Of a stretch of 64,000 bases of DNA, positions 45,385-58,370 are shown one piece after another. Position 1 is the first letter of the stretch, and every line of letters begins with the position of its first letter. Position numbers and translations under genes: made by a program. The notes below the pieces were generated by a model. The model saw only the letters and a list, made by a program, of their open reading frames with translations, did no database searches and was not told the DNA's origin. Where the stretch lies: contig CAJINV010000011.1 of NCBI GenBank assembly GCA_905178155.1, positions 2,178,025-2,242,024 of the forward strand, given 5' to 3'. Source of the stretch: Amoebophrya sp. A120. Its lineage: Eukaryota > Protista > Dinoflagellata.

Positions 45385-47720
45385 CAGGAGGCGCGCTCGC
45401 AGCCCCAGCTGTTGCGCCGCGCGCCGCAAGCGTTATGTATTGCTGGCTACATTGGGCGCCGCGGTCATCGGCATGTTGGAATAAGGAAGACTGTGCTTCT
45501 TGTGAGTTTTTTGCTTTTTCGTATCTTTACGTTTCTTGTTTGGCTAGATTCGAGGTCCGTCGAGGATCACAAAAAAGGAGCGGTTTTATGTGAGGAGTAC
45601 AAAACGGAGCAGATAAAGCTGAAATCGAGCAGAGAGAGAAATCTACAAGCTGAAGTAACGTTCTGGGCTCCTCGTTACGTGCTGCAAGCGGCTACGCTAA
45701 GAGCATTACTCGGGAATAAAGGCTTCATTCTCGACACCCGCCCTCGTATTCGGTTTTACTTTCTTCATCGAAATTAGTAAAACTCAATTTGGCTCTTGCA
45801 CTCGAGCGCACTGCCCCGAGTCATAATGTCGCACCTTCCCGATGCCGGCCTTAATGTCTCACGGTCACGAGGACGCTGGCGCGTTTACATCTCAGATTCT
45901 GGAGCTATGGCTTCAGTTTCCTCGCCCGCTCAAGGACATGGCCGAGCAGCTAGAGAGAAGGCGGGCGCGGCCCTAGCGGCCGCGCTTTCCGCTGAAAACA
46001 GGGCCAGGCCGAGCTGGCGCCGGTCGCGCGGGTCGACCCGCGCAAAACGTACGGGGCCGGCGCCTGTTTTCCCGGCCCGTATCTGGCCAGCCTGCCCCGC
46101 CGCTCTTCGAATGGCGCGCGGGAGGGCCCCGCGCTCCACCGTCTGCCCGGGGGCTCGGGCACACCAGGAAGTCCCACAGCGTGCAAGCGCTTGCCGCAAT
46201 TCTCGGGCAGATGGTCTCGTCGGCGGCGCAGCGTGAAGCGCCTTCCGCACTCCCACCGGGGAGACGTCGGCGCTGCGGCTGCGCGCTCTATTTACCGAGG
46301 CACGCGACAGCCCCAGCTGTTCTGCCGCGCGTGGGGAGCGTTATATGCGCCGCGGACGAGTCCTGCTCGAACTTCAGTTAGTGTTAGCAAAGAAAGGCGT
46401 TGGCGAGTGCCGAACTACCTCGCTGTTGCGTGTTCGTATTCTTTCGAGTTTAATAGGAATAGCAGAGCAGGCCGCAGAGTTCGAGTAGAAAAGAGAGTAA
46501 GTGCTGTAGGTGAGACTTGCAAAGCGGAGTCATGGCAGAAAGCGAGTGGAGAAAGAAATCTGCAGCTGAGTATAGCTTTAGGCTCCTGAGAAAGACTTTT
46601 GTTTTTGTTTACTTGCTGTTACTAGCTGTTGCTTGTATGAACGGGTGGCGCTGCCGCGTCGCCCGGTTCCAAGTTTCCCACTCAGCGATGCTACGTCGTC
46701 GCGCGGGACGGGGCTGCAGGCGCTTTTCGAGTCCTATAAGCAGCAGGGCTCGTCGTGTAGCAGCAGGCCGGTCGGCGCAGCGAGCCCGGGATCGGCATCC
46801 AGCTCAAGTGCCCCACCGAGCGCAATGAATGCAGCCGGCTACGGGTTCCGAAGGGCGTCAGGCGTCAGCATTGAAGGACGCCGCGCCGGCGTCGGTGGCT
46901 GGCTGGGCGCGACCCACGCAAAACGGGGCCGGCGCCCGTTTGCCTGGCCCTTATTTATCTGGCCGAGCCGGCCCCGCTGCTGTCCGATTAGCGGGAGAGC
47001 CCAGCGCGCCACCGTGCGCCGCGCGCCCGAGTCCGTAGGCGCGCACGTTAGGAAGCCCCGCAGCGTGCAAGCGCCTGCCGCAGCTCTGGGGCAGATCGCC
47101 CCAGAGGCACAGTGTTAAGCGTCTTACGCACCCCTACCCGGGAGAGATCGCCACTGCGGCTGCGCGCCCGCTCTGTTTAAGGAGGCGCGCGGCAGTCGCA
47201 GCTGTTGTGCCGCACGCCCGGAGCGTTCGTTCCTTCCATATTTGCGCCGCGGGTGGGGAGTCGCGCCAGAGCTCAATTACAGAAGAGTTTCGGTGAGGGC
47301 CGATCTGTCTTGCTGTTGCTTGTTGGCATCCGTTCGAGTAGTTTAATATCAGACCAAGGTCGACGAGCTTGGGCAGAGCGTGACTGAGACTGAGTATATA
47401 TGAGAGTTGCAAACGAAAGTTATCTACTCAAGCTTCGTTTTTTGAATTTAGATCGCAAGATATGAGAATTGTGGAGCGGAGACGGAGTCAGTGTCAGGGA
47501 AGAAAGCGAGCAGTGAGACGAGAAGTCTACAGCTGAGTTTTGCTGTAGACTCCCGAGAACTGGCTGCTTGTAACTTTAGTTTTCCGCTATTTTGCTGGTT
47601 ATAGCAGCAGAACAAGCGGGTTGGATTTATCACGTCGCTGCCGCTACTGTAGGCCTCCTGCTGCTCCATGACGTCGTGGAAGGCGCGAGCTCCTGCTTTA
47701 CCGGTTTGCAGAGCCGCACC
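45385..47720. repeat. Diverged tandem array, ~900-bp unit, ~2.5-3 copies, GC-rich, apparently non-coding
   Basis: Markers recur: cagctgtt blocks at ~45406, ~46313 and ~47199; gaaatct(a/g)ca(a)gctga-like blocks at ~45638, ~46555 and ~47522; gcgtgcaagcgc at ~46179 and ~47063. Confidence 0.75.
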
Positions 47721-48809
47721 GCTCCACCTACGCAACGTCGCGAGGCCGATATCGTTAACGCGGCGGAAGGTTGCGGAGCCGAAGCCCGAACCCGAGGAGA
47801 CGCGGCGACCCTGAAACGCGAGAACAAAGCGCGCGGGGGCTCTCGGAGATATCGCGGTATGACAGGCTACTATGCCGAACTTCGGCGCAATAAATCCGGG
47901 CCTTCGGCGTGATCAACCCGGGCGCAGCCTGTCGCGGCCCCTTGCCAGCCTTGCTGCTTGTCTGACCCCTCCCAGCTTCGCCGCTGTTTGAGCTTCGCCC
48001 CCGACGCCCGCGAGCACGGTGCGGGCGGGGGTTGTCCGTTGGCCCGAGCGCTGCGCTGCCGCCAATTACCTCGGCGGGCGCGCCGCGGCCCGCGTGGGCG
48101 TTGGGCGCGCCCGCGCTCCGCGGCGGCGCGTTTTGATTTCGACACAGAATCGCCCCCATGCCCATTGGGCGGCACGCCGTTCCCGCACCAGGGGGGGGCG
48201 CAGTTTGCGCGCCCCGATGCAGCGCGCAGCCACAGTGGCGGTGCCGCGCGCCAAGGACATCAGTCGCGTTCGCCGCGAGCGATTCTTGCTTACTAACCTA
48301 AGGTAAGCGTCGAACGTGCTTCGCGGATGTCCGTGTCTCGTATCGATAAAGAATAAGAGGCCGTGGGCTCTTGCTTCGTCAAAGTTGAGTGATGGTCGCG
48401 AGTGTGTCTTCGCACTGACAGGCCCGAAGCGTATTGAGAAGGACTTGTTCGTTGCTCGTTTCGTTGTTTCGTTTTACCGACGCTTCAGCAGCTCCGTTTT
48501 TCTTTGGGTTTTCCAAACAATGAAGTATGTTTATTTATCATCCAGAACCAGAAGTAGCTGAGCGTTTTTGGTTTGCTACATTTCGTGTTTGCTTCAGGCC
48601 TCAGGGGCGGAAGGTAAGCAAGTAGAAGCAGCAAAATGTCGCTCAGATCAGAGAACAAAAAGACTAGAATTGGAGAGACGCGTACGCACCAAAAACCGCA
48701 CCTGTCAGGGATGTTGGAGTTGGCAGACGTAGAACATTCAATAGACGACAAAAGTAATGGTTGAGTTGGAAACTTAGACTTACTAAAATAAGTGAATTTT
48801 TACAATATC

Positions 48810-50524
48810 ATGCCGGGATTCTTCGGTATCTTCGGGGTCGCCTCGTCCGCCTCTCCTGATAGTGGAGAGCCAGCAACCACCGAAACGCCGAGCTTTTCCA
48901 ACGTTCTTCGCGAAAGGCAGAACGCTCTTCGCGAAAGGCAGCAGCGGCGGCTCACGAAAATCAAAGGGATGAAGGAAGAGGACGCATTCCAGTCGTTTGT
49001 CTCATCCTTGCGCCGAGCAAAAGCTCTCGGAGTCGATCTGGATGACTTTGGCGCATTTGCTCTCCAAGATGTCTATACCGAGGCTGATGTACTGCAGCCG
49101 TTTGCTTATTTACTTCTTCATTTTGCCGGCTGAAATGCTGTAATTTTTTATAGTTCATTGTTACTAGTCATGTTTGAAATTTAGCGCAACGCAAGATCCA
49201 CACATATCTTCAGGTCCGGCCGGTGTGGGAAGGGCTTTCGGCGGAGGAAAAGCTGAGCGTCACACTGAATCTTGCGGACGGCCTGTTAATCAACGCTCAG
49301 GCGCGCGCGCATTTCATGGCCGCCGTCAGTGCCGCGCGGACGAGGAGTGCTAATTCATCCCGCACTTTTGATGGCACCACCTTGCCGGACTACTCCTCCA
49401 CCAATCCGCGGCCGGCCGGCCGCACCAGCACGGGAGAGAGTCAAAACCCCGCGTCTTCGCCGCCGCCACCGAGCGGTATTTTTGGAAGCCTCTTCGGTCG
49501 AAACCCGTTTGCTTCTTCGAGTAGCAGCGCGAATCCCAGCTCCGCCCCCCTTACAGCTGCGGCCTCTAGCCCGCCCAGGCGACTGCTGAATCTGACCGCT
49601 GCGGCCTCTAGCCCGCCCGCGCGACTGCCGAATCTGACCGCTGCGGCCTCTAGCCCGCCTGCGCGACTGCCGAATCCGTTAGTACTGTCGGGACTGGGAT
49701 CCAGAACTGCAGCTTCTACAACGTCAAGCGCAGTCGGAACGACCAGCACTCTCTTCGCCAGCCGAAACGCTCCGACGAGCAGCATATTCGGTGGAGCCTC
49801 CGCAAATCGGGACGCACCTACGACCAGCATTTTCGGCGGACCCTCCGCGAACCGGGATGCTCCGACGACGAGCATCTTCGGCGGAGCCCCCGCGAACCGG
49901 GATGCTCCGACAACCAGCATCTTCGGTGGAGCCTACGCAAATCGGGACGTCCCTACGACAAGCATATTCGACGGAGACTACGCAAATCGGGATGCTCCGA
50001 CAACCAGCATCTTCGGTGGAGCCTACGCAAATCGGGGCGCCCCTGCGACAAGCATATTCGACGGAGCCTACGCAAATCGGGATGTTCCTCCGACGAGCCT
50101 TTTTAGCACTCCTGCTGCGGACAACGAGCAAGGCGCGGGCGCAGCCAGCTCCAGCGAGAATGAGCGGAACGAACCGGCAGGGGAGGACGCAGGTTTCTGG
50201 AGCAGAGGGCGGGCGATGCTGGACAAGGTTGCGGAGGCCGCGTCCAGCATGTTTGCTGACACCACAGCCTCGGAAAGCGAGTCGCAGGCCGCCGGTGCGA
50301 CGGCTTCCGCCCGTGCATCGGAAAGCGAGGCGCAGGCCGCCGGCGCGACCACGGCTTCCGCAAGTGCACCTCCCGAAAACGTGCCGCAGGCCACCGGCGC
50401 GACGACGCAAGTGCGCACTAGTAATGATTCGGGGCGGTTGTTCAATACTAGTTTCTCTCCGACCACCCTCATTCATCTCGCCATCGAAATGGAAGCAGAC
50501 GGTACTAACGAAGTCGGGGTTTAG
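48810..50524 (+). CDS. Hypothetical protein with SIFGG tandem repeats (FG-repeat-like)
   Basis: ORFs 48792 and 49223 join via a putative GC-AG intron 49083-49213 (phase 0); 14-aa x3 and 15-aa x~8 repeats. Confidence 0.65.
49550..49676 (+). repeat. Coding minisatellite, 42 bp x3 (LTAAASSPPARLPN)
   Basis: Directly visible in DNA and translation. Confidence 0.9.
49760..50106 (+). repeat. Coding minisatellite, 45 bp x~8 (NRDAPTTSIFGGAYA)
   Basis: Directly visible in DNA and translation. Confidence 0.9.
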
Positions 50525-52250
50525 CAGAGTGGTCCAACTGATTCGAACACAGCAATATTACTAATTGATGCATTTCGTTTTGATCAGCGGAGTAGTTATT
50601 TTGTCATCCTTATTTCCGCAAATTTGAAGGTCAAACGAGTACGCAGCCCTCGGGGAGCTCCTCCTCAACCGACCGCAATCCCAACTATGTTTACGGCGAC
50701 GCCTTGCCCGACTCCACCCCTATTTTTATGGGGTACGGTACTCTGCCGGACTATTCATCTAGTCGTGCACCTGCATCGAGAAGTAACACCTTGCCCGAGA
50801 TCAGGTCGTGGCCTCGTCCACCTGCCAACAACCGGATGCCGTTTCAGGGTCGCGCATACACATTGAACTCCAGCGACCAGTGATGTGAGAAGCCTCGGGT
50901 AGTTTTGGAATTTGAGAAGACGGCTGTCTTGACTGAGTTTTTAATATATAAAGCACTGGCGACACCTGACCTTGAACGCTGAACATCGTTTGGGTGCGAG
51001 AACTGACGCTGAGCACAACAATGAACAGTAAAGAAAGCTCTGACTTGATGACGTCAACCTACCTATTTAAGAACAAAACTTGACCAAGGTAGTAAGAAGA
51101 TGACACAAGCGCCACCGCCAGCCTAGAGATGCTGTGACTACTCATGTACGAATTTGATTATACTTAGATTGATGAAATAAAATAAATGTTGCTTGCGTCA
51201 TCGGTCGTTCAGAACTGTATTCGCCATTTTATTTTCAGAATTTTGAATGAATGTTTCGTCTCACCCTGCGGCAGGCGGGTGCGTTGTTTTGCTGCAGAAC
51301 AAGGAAGCTGCTTTTGCGCAGAGGTGGAAAAAATGTAAATGTGAATCTGCCTAAGCCTGGGTGCGCGTGCCGTCCAAGTCACGTGCTGCCGTGTTGCGTT
51401 ATTTTTACTGTACAATCAGAACCACGCTAAATTTCTATTTCACGACTGCACGTGGACAGTCGTGACAAAGAACTGGTAAAAGAATGACCGTGGAACCGTA
51501 CGATAAATAAGAGCTTTTATTTGAAGAGACGAGAAGATAAACAAAATTAAGATGGAGATAGTGATTCAGTTTCTGATTGCTTTTTCCACAATTCGTGAAA
51601 AGGAATCAACAGCGAATCAAAATCAATCACGATGGCCACAAGCCATGATCATGAATTGGAGTGATTGAAAATGTCAATTGTTCCGCTATCAGTTGTACTT
51701 GACGAGGGAGTTCGTCCGTCTTCGACATTGATGTTGTTCGTACTAATTCTAATCGGTAATTTTCGTATAATTGGTTACAACGTGTATTCTTTTATTTTTG
51801 TGATTTGGATTTTACTGAGTGATGGAACAGAACGCTTATGGAAAACTGCCTTGCTGGGTCGATGCAAATCTAAAAGAGGGATTTATGAATACAAACATCG
51901 TGAAGGGGAAGATTGATCCGTCTTCGGTCGTCAATGTCACGTCATCTACGTAGTTCGGGGATCGGAGGTTTTCGTAAATACGCGGCACACTCTGCTTGGG
52001 ACTGTTCAAATATCGGCCAAGAATATGTCCTCTTCGTCAGTGCATTGAGCTCTTTTCGGTGCCTTACAAAGATGCAGTAACATTCCACCAGACGACGACT
52101 TATACAGTCTCGGGTTGTTGCTTTTGGATGCATAGGTGTAAGAGAAAAACACAATAGGGAAGTGCAGACGGAGGAAACTCTGCTTTTCTTTTGAAAACAT
52201 CTTTCAGCAGCTCTTGAGAAAGGCTCGTACTTATTTATTTATTCGACAAA

Positions 52251-52908
52251 ATGTTTCAATTTTGCGAATTAGACTCCTTCAAGACTGCCCTAGCTCACAT
52301 CTGGAATACACCGGAAAAGGAGAAGGTGTATCCAACACAGGTCCGGCTGATCAGCGATGCATTCGCAAAACACGAAATCGAACTGTGCGAATATGGTGGA
52401 GACGAGGAACAGTTCATGCGCGAGGTTTGCAACAGCTGCATAAGCTTTTTCTTCATTTGGGATATTTGCTTAAGTATTTTATTTGAGTTATGGCTCTTCC
52501 CTGAATGCAAATGCATACCTCGAGCAAGTGTGACTCAGGAGCTGATCATGAAAGCATACAGTGTCCAACGAATCGAAAAATATTGATATTCCTCAACAGG
52601 TTGGTCTGCTGTTTGAAGTCATGAACGAGGACATGCGCTTCAAGCTCCTGATCAGCATGGTCTCAGGTTTGGCGGAAGGCCAGCAGAAGCACAGCACGCT
52701 GATCCAGCAGAACTCGGATGCGCTGCAGAAGCACGAGGAGAAGACCCAGAATCAGTTCGAAGAAATGTTGGCGCGTTTGCAGAAAGCGGAGGAAACAATC
52801 ACCATTTTGCAAAAAACGACGAGGGAGTTGACCAAGTGGAAGGCGGAGGAGAAACTACGGACCTTCAGCCGGTACTGGCGGGAGATTCAGGGCAGAGTAT
52901 TTAAATAA
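52251..52908 (+). CDS. Hypothetical coiled-coil protein (partial model)
   Basis: ORFs 52251 and 52561 join via GT-AG intron 52425-52599 (phase 0); heptad-like C-terminus. Confidence 0.5.
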
Positions 52909-53180
52909 TTTATGTTGAGTGATCTGGTGCGTTTTTTTGTCATGCGTGTTGTGCTGGTACATGAATCGTATCTATTGCATGAAAGCTAGTGCCCCTACGC
53001 CTACCTTCTCTATCAAGTCCAATTGTGTCTGGAAAAGATGCTCGCAGTGCTTGCTGGGTGGCAGGCGAGAGAAGTGGAAACCTATTTCTGTGCTATAGAA
53101 TACTCTAGTCTATGCAGTATGCTCTTTGCGATATGAAGATACAAAAATGTGACTTGTCATGCGGTTTACGCAAATCGTAG

Positions 53181-54730
53181 TGGTTCAACCTGGTCAAAAA
53201 CTCGTCATGCTGGACTGCATACTATTTGTATGCCTGCTATATTGTTTTATATGTAAGGTGATGTATTTTGTTTTATTTATACACGGTTGAAACAATTGCA
53301 CCGTGCCCACGGCGTGTGGGAGTCCTCGTTTGGACTTGTTTCTGAGAGAATACGACTGACTTTGAAATAATTCTGTTTGCAAAAATGTCCTTTGGTCGTC
53401 TGTCGTCGGTGACGACGCTTGTCTGATTCAACCTACGGCTGTGTCTCTGCGTTTCTCTTGTGCGTCGGCACCCGCTGGAGGTTGTTGCGGAAGCAGAAAT
53501 CACACACGACTTCACTGCGAAAACAAAACTTCGATCTGGAACTCACCTGCGAAAATTCTACCAGCGCTGCGTTTTGAACTACTAACGATCAACAAGAAGG
53601 CTCTACACCGGCTCTAACAACTTCCGCTTCTATCCAATTTTGTTTCTCCTCTGTTTCTTATCCGAAAAGACCACTACTTTCTGCAACCATTGCTTTACGT
53701 CCACCAGGCCCCTTCGTTCGTAAATTTAGGCGTGGGCAGCGCGAATTTTGTTGCACATAGTCGTGGACAGCACGATTTAGATCAGCATCACAACGTCGCT
53801 CAAGGTGCAAACGAGTAGTGCAAATTCGAACAAAGGCGCCACATGATGACGGGAAACGGCTCCGAGTTCGCAACTATTAGCATCGGCAAAGTGGGCCACA
53901 CCGTGGCGCACCTCGCAGCTGACCGCGAGAGAATCTTCGAAGTGCCGCAGCACTGTCAAGAGAAGGCGCCTGCAGGAACGGCGCTGTTAAAGGATGGCAG
54001 TTACATCGACGCTAATGGGGACAAGGTGCATACCATCGGCGCATACAAAAAACGAGCGGAGATCGACTTCCAGCTGTACCTGCTTGAGCGCCTGAAGAAG
54101 GCCGCGATTCTTTCGGTCGACGACATCAAGAAGATCGACGAACTAGTGCAGCAAAAGCGGGAAGCACGGGACGGAAACCATGAAACCGACAATGGGGACA
54201 TCGAGATGTCCCCGACAGAGACCGACATCTGCATCCAGCTCCCGGACCACCTCTATGATGTCAATTCCGACCAAGAACAGCATGGCTTCGAGTCGGCGGA
54301 CGAGGGAGGTGTTGATGGTAGCGAGCGGAAAGCGGCGCGACGGGAGGGTAGCAGCAAAAAGCGTCGGTCTAGCTCGGCAGCGAAAGCAGGCGGGGGTGGA
54401 CTTCTAGCAGTCATGAACGAGTTTGCGACACCTGTGCGGTCGCGATTGCTGTACGGATGCCAGACCCGATCCTTCAACAAAAAAGAACTTCTACGCCTCG
54501 AAGAGACAGAGAATAAACTGCTGCGAATTTTGTGCAACGTCAACAAATTCATCATGAAACAGCACGGAATAAAGTCCTACCACCTCAGAGCACGCCTGCA
54601 ACTTCCGCCGATTTCCGCTGACATTATGTACATGAAAACAACACACTACGCCCACCTACTCAGGAAGCCCGTAGACTATGGTTCAACCTGGTCAAAAACT
54701 CGTCATGCTGGACTGCATACTATTTGTATG
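53181..54730 (+). repeat. Identical 52-bp direct repeats at 53181-53232 and 54679-54730
   Basis: tggttcaacctggtcaaaaactcgtcatgctggactgcatactatttgtatg occurs twice. Confidence 0.9.
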
Positions 54731-54769
54731 TTCTGTTCGTCATCGACTAGTCAGCACCCCTCTACATAA
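53843..54769 (+). mobile_element. Chimeric ORF ending in a non-LTR retrotransposon (RTE-like) RT thumb/C-terminal fragment
   Basis: PVRSRLLYGCQTRSFNKKELLRLEETENKLLRIL...HLRARLQLPPIS...HYAHLLR resembles the LINE post-RT pattern LLYGcetw...LR.i...GH..R. No YxDD core in the window. Confidence 0.6.
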
Positions 54770-57437
54770 GTACTTTTTTTAATTTAGCCGTGCGCTGCCT
54801 GACCAGATATGCCTAGCATTTGCACCACCTTTTTCAAAAAAAACACCTTACAGCCATCCACTGACGAAAAAAGCTACCACTCATTCAAGAGTTTTTTGGA
54901 GAAGGAATACGGCGTCGATGGTACCTGGATTCGGGTGTGTCTCGATTTATGGACTGCAAATATGCCAGCGGCAGCGTCACAAGGCGAAGGCAGACTTCGA
55001 TCATGAGAGTTCGGTTAGGCGGGAAAAGTAACTAAGCCTTTTTGAAATTTGTTGGCTCTGTTTACTATTTGACTGAGACCAAATACATAAAAGTCATGTC
55101 AGAGTCCGAGTTTCCGTCTGCAATTTTTCCTGGTTCGCCTGGTGTTGTATTTGCATTGGATTCGACGACTACGCGCTCCCAATTGGCCGCATGGAAGAGG
55201 GTGCGGAGTTAGGTGGAGGCCAGGGGGCCTTGCAGGTATCCACATGAAACTCCTGCCATCGCCAGTTCGTCTTGTTTCAAACTTGTCCTGTATACTGCAT
55301 CTGCTGTGCTTGGTGCGCTTTAGCTTGCTTTCGTATGCTCCGAAAACAGATAGCAAAACTGAAACTTAAACGATTGCCTGATGGCCAGCTTCATGTGGAC
55401 ACATGTTCATTGGCAACTACGCTTCGAAAAACAAGATTGCAGAAAAGGTAAGTATCTACTTATAATGACTTGTCTTGCTACTTTGTTCATTCTGGAAGCA
55501 TCTGGTATGATGAAGTGAAATTCCGCAGATGAAAAATGATGAAGAAGAAATCAATACAATTACATGTGCAAAACAGCTATTACAACTGTACGCCTGCTTC
55601 ACGCTAAAGGCCGAGGAGGCCCAGAACAAAGCCGCTATCGGCGTCCTTCCCTCCATGGCGCAGAATCTCTTACGCATGGTAGTCTACTAGTCAAGTCGAA
55701 TTAAGTATGCAATTGCACGCACACACGACACCACTACCACTCACAGTAGAATCAGCTGTCATGTCTGCAAAAGGGAAAACGATGACAAAGGGCGTTTCGG
55801 CATGACTAGAAATTTTCTTTCCACACCAATGCATGCACGCACTTACGCTGCCGAACATCGCCAAAGAGATCGGAGCTGACGCGGCAGACACGGAGATGCA
55901 GGCGGCCGTAAAGGTGCACCACTGGCTCGCCAAACGCGATGTCGGTTTTTTCCGAAGACGCGACGTCCCGGGGCAGAGCATCTCGACACAGTACCGCGAA
56001 GCGGAAGCCCGTCTCGACCAAGCGGTTTTGTACGCCTAGCAGCGCCAGTACGGGAAGTGGTGATCCTTGTGCATGCTGTCTCAGTTTCTCTTTCTACTGT
56101 GTCGCATACTGCTACTGACTCAAATGTTGGAAATGCACTATTCTTGTGTCAAGACGCCTCAACATACTTCCTCTTCTCCTGTACAAATTTGTTTATATTT
56201 TTTCTCTTTGATCGCTTGTTCATATCGCCTGCGGACACCAGGTATCGAAGCAGCGATAATCACGCTGTTGTGCTTACTAGCAGTCGTGCAACGCAAGCAC
56301 AGCTGTCATTTAGACAAAAAATACAATGCCTCCGCAATACACCAGGCACGTGAGTGTGTTTTATTCTATTTAGATGGCGCTACAACAGTGTCAACTCGAA
56401 AATTTATGTGTCGATTTGCGAGCTGGGCTCTGTCTCGTGTGAAGCTTTCATGAAGCATGATGAGCGTGATCACAAGACGGCGTAGCTCAGGTTGCACCGA
56501 GTGCATTTCGACGCTTTTGTTTACAAGAAGAAAGGCCCGCCCACACCGATGCGATAGTCGCAGTAAAGTCACAAACCACATGTACATATCAGTGATGTTA
56601 TTTCTGTGCCACATCACCAACTGACATTCTATTCATTTTCGCATTGCTCTTGCTACATATGATATTTTCTTGATCAGTAACGCAGTTTGTTTTTCTTATT
56701 GCATTTTGCTTCTAAAAATGGTAAAAGAAAAAGCAACGCTTGTTCCCATGCGCCCGTTGATCCAGCCCTGAGAGAAGAGAAAGTAAGTTTTTGTCGTGAG
56801 AGAGGTGGGAAATTAGCTCGATACCTCCTCGGCATGTAAAAAATAGCCGAGAGCGACATCAATATCGGGGCACTGCCAGACCCAGAGTGAGTATTAGATG
56901 TTTCAAATCGGATGGCGATCGCAAAAGAGCGACTTGCTGACTTCTCTCGTCCACTGGAAAGTTCTAAGATTGGTCCTGTGATCTTTGTCGAGACGTTTCG
57001 CGGCATCTACCCTAGATACAAAAATCGAGCTAGGGCGTTTCTTGGAGCGATAATTCATTGAGAGCAGTATTTTCGAGTGAGCGTGCACGAATGCAGATTA
57101 CACAAAATAGTACTGCATCACTCGCGAATTACTCCTCAATGTGAACAATATTTTGTTTACCGACTTTTAGAGGTTACGTAAAGCTATTGGAGCTTGATGC
57201 CGAGCTCGCACCACTAAGCTGCATCTGGGCTGACACACTGGTGTTGCAATATGGTTCTAGTATGAAGAATAGCACCTGCCGACTATTGAACGCAGTAGAG
57301 GAACTTGCGCCGTTGCAACGTGGCCTACCGCTATTGCCAAGCAAAAACACATCTTCTTTGGGCCGCAAACACGCTCGTCGAGCCCGCGGGATCACCAAAA
57401 CGTGAGGGAGGCCTCAGTGGCGCAGGGACGAGCGACG

Positions 57438-58192
57438 ATGGAAGGTGACGCAAGCGCATTGAAAGGGTCGTCCCCTCCTCGAGTACCGAGCAAGAAAACC
57501 ACAAAGATTATGTTTAGTCCGCAGCCCGTTTTAGTGGTGCCGGAGGGGAAGCCGGGAGCTCTACCAATCGACTACGGGAATTTGAAGGGCGGACTCGCTG
57601 CATTGCTGCCCCAGTCTCGGGCTGCGCCTGCGATAGCAGCAACCGCATCAGCACAGTCTACAACTACGACAAGTGACAAATCACGAGTACCTGCGAACGG
57701 ACTCGGAGATGTCAAGATTGACCGCGACGTGCACTCCGGGTCACTGTCCCTCCCAGTAGTACCTTTTCCGAAACCGCAACCAATTCAGAAGGTCGTTACT
57801 CAGCGCATTGTCTTTTTTTTGAAGAACTGCGTGATGATCTTTCAGGTCCTAAGGTCATCTTAATCTTATATGATGAAGAACATGATATTGATAATATGCG
57901 GAAACACGTACTGTTACGGTTGGTGTCCATTGGAAAACAGGAACAGACTGCAATCGGTTTGACTGCGGCCACCGGTCTGCGCGAACACGAGAATGACTTG
58001 GGAAAACTGGAAATCTCGAGACTCGAGATACTGCGAACAGTCCTCTCCGAGGCCGACATCGTACATTTACGACGAGCCCGTAACAGCACCGGATTTCTAC
58101 AGGACGAGCCCGCTGGATTTCTTCCCCTGGCCGTTGCACTTGCCACTGCTAAACCAAATGCGACGATTCCAAACGAGTATAGTCTCAGCTGA
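57438..58192 (+). CDS. Hypothetical protein fragments
   Basis: Adjacent coding-like ORFs 57402 and 57896; junction not resolved. Confidence 0.3.
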
Positions 58193-58370
58193 TTCTTTAT
58201 TGCGTGCGCAGTTTTTGCACGCGATTTGTGCATGTTGGTGCCTTTGGGCTTTTGTTGCTGCGTGATCATGAAGAGTTCGTGCAAACGATTTAGGAATATT
58301 GATTAGCGTTGACATCGGTTCCATTCCCAACCGAAAAATATACAATACCAGCTACACGATAGTCTTCAAG

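Noticed and set aside
45796-48306. Arg/Ala/Pro-rich ORFs in the GC-rich region
   Set aside because: They overlap in all frames and are not conserved between repeat copies, as expected from high GC content.
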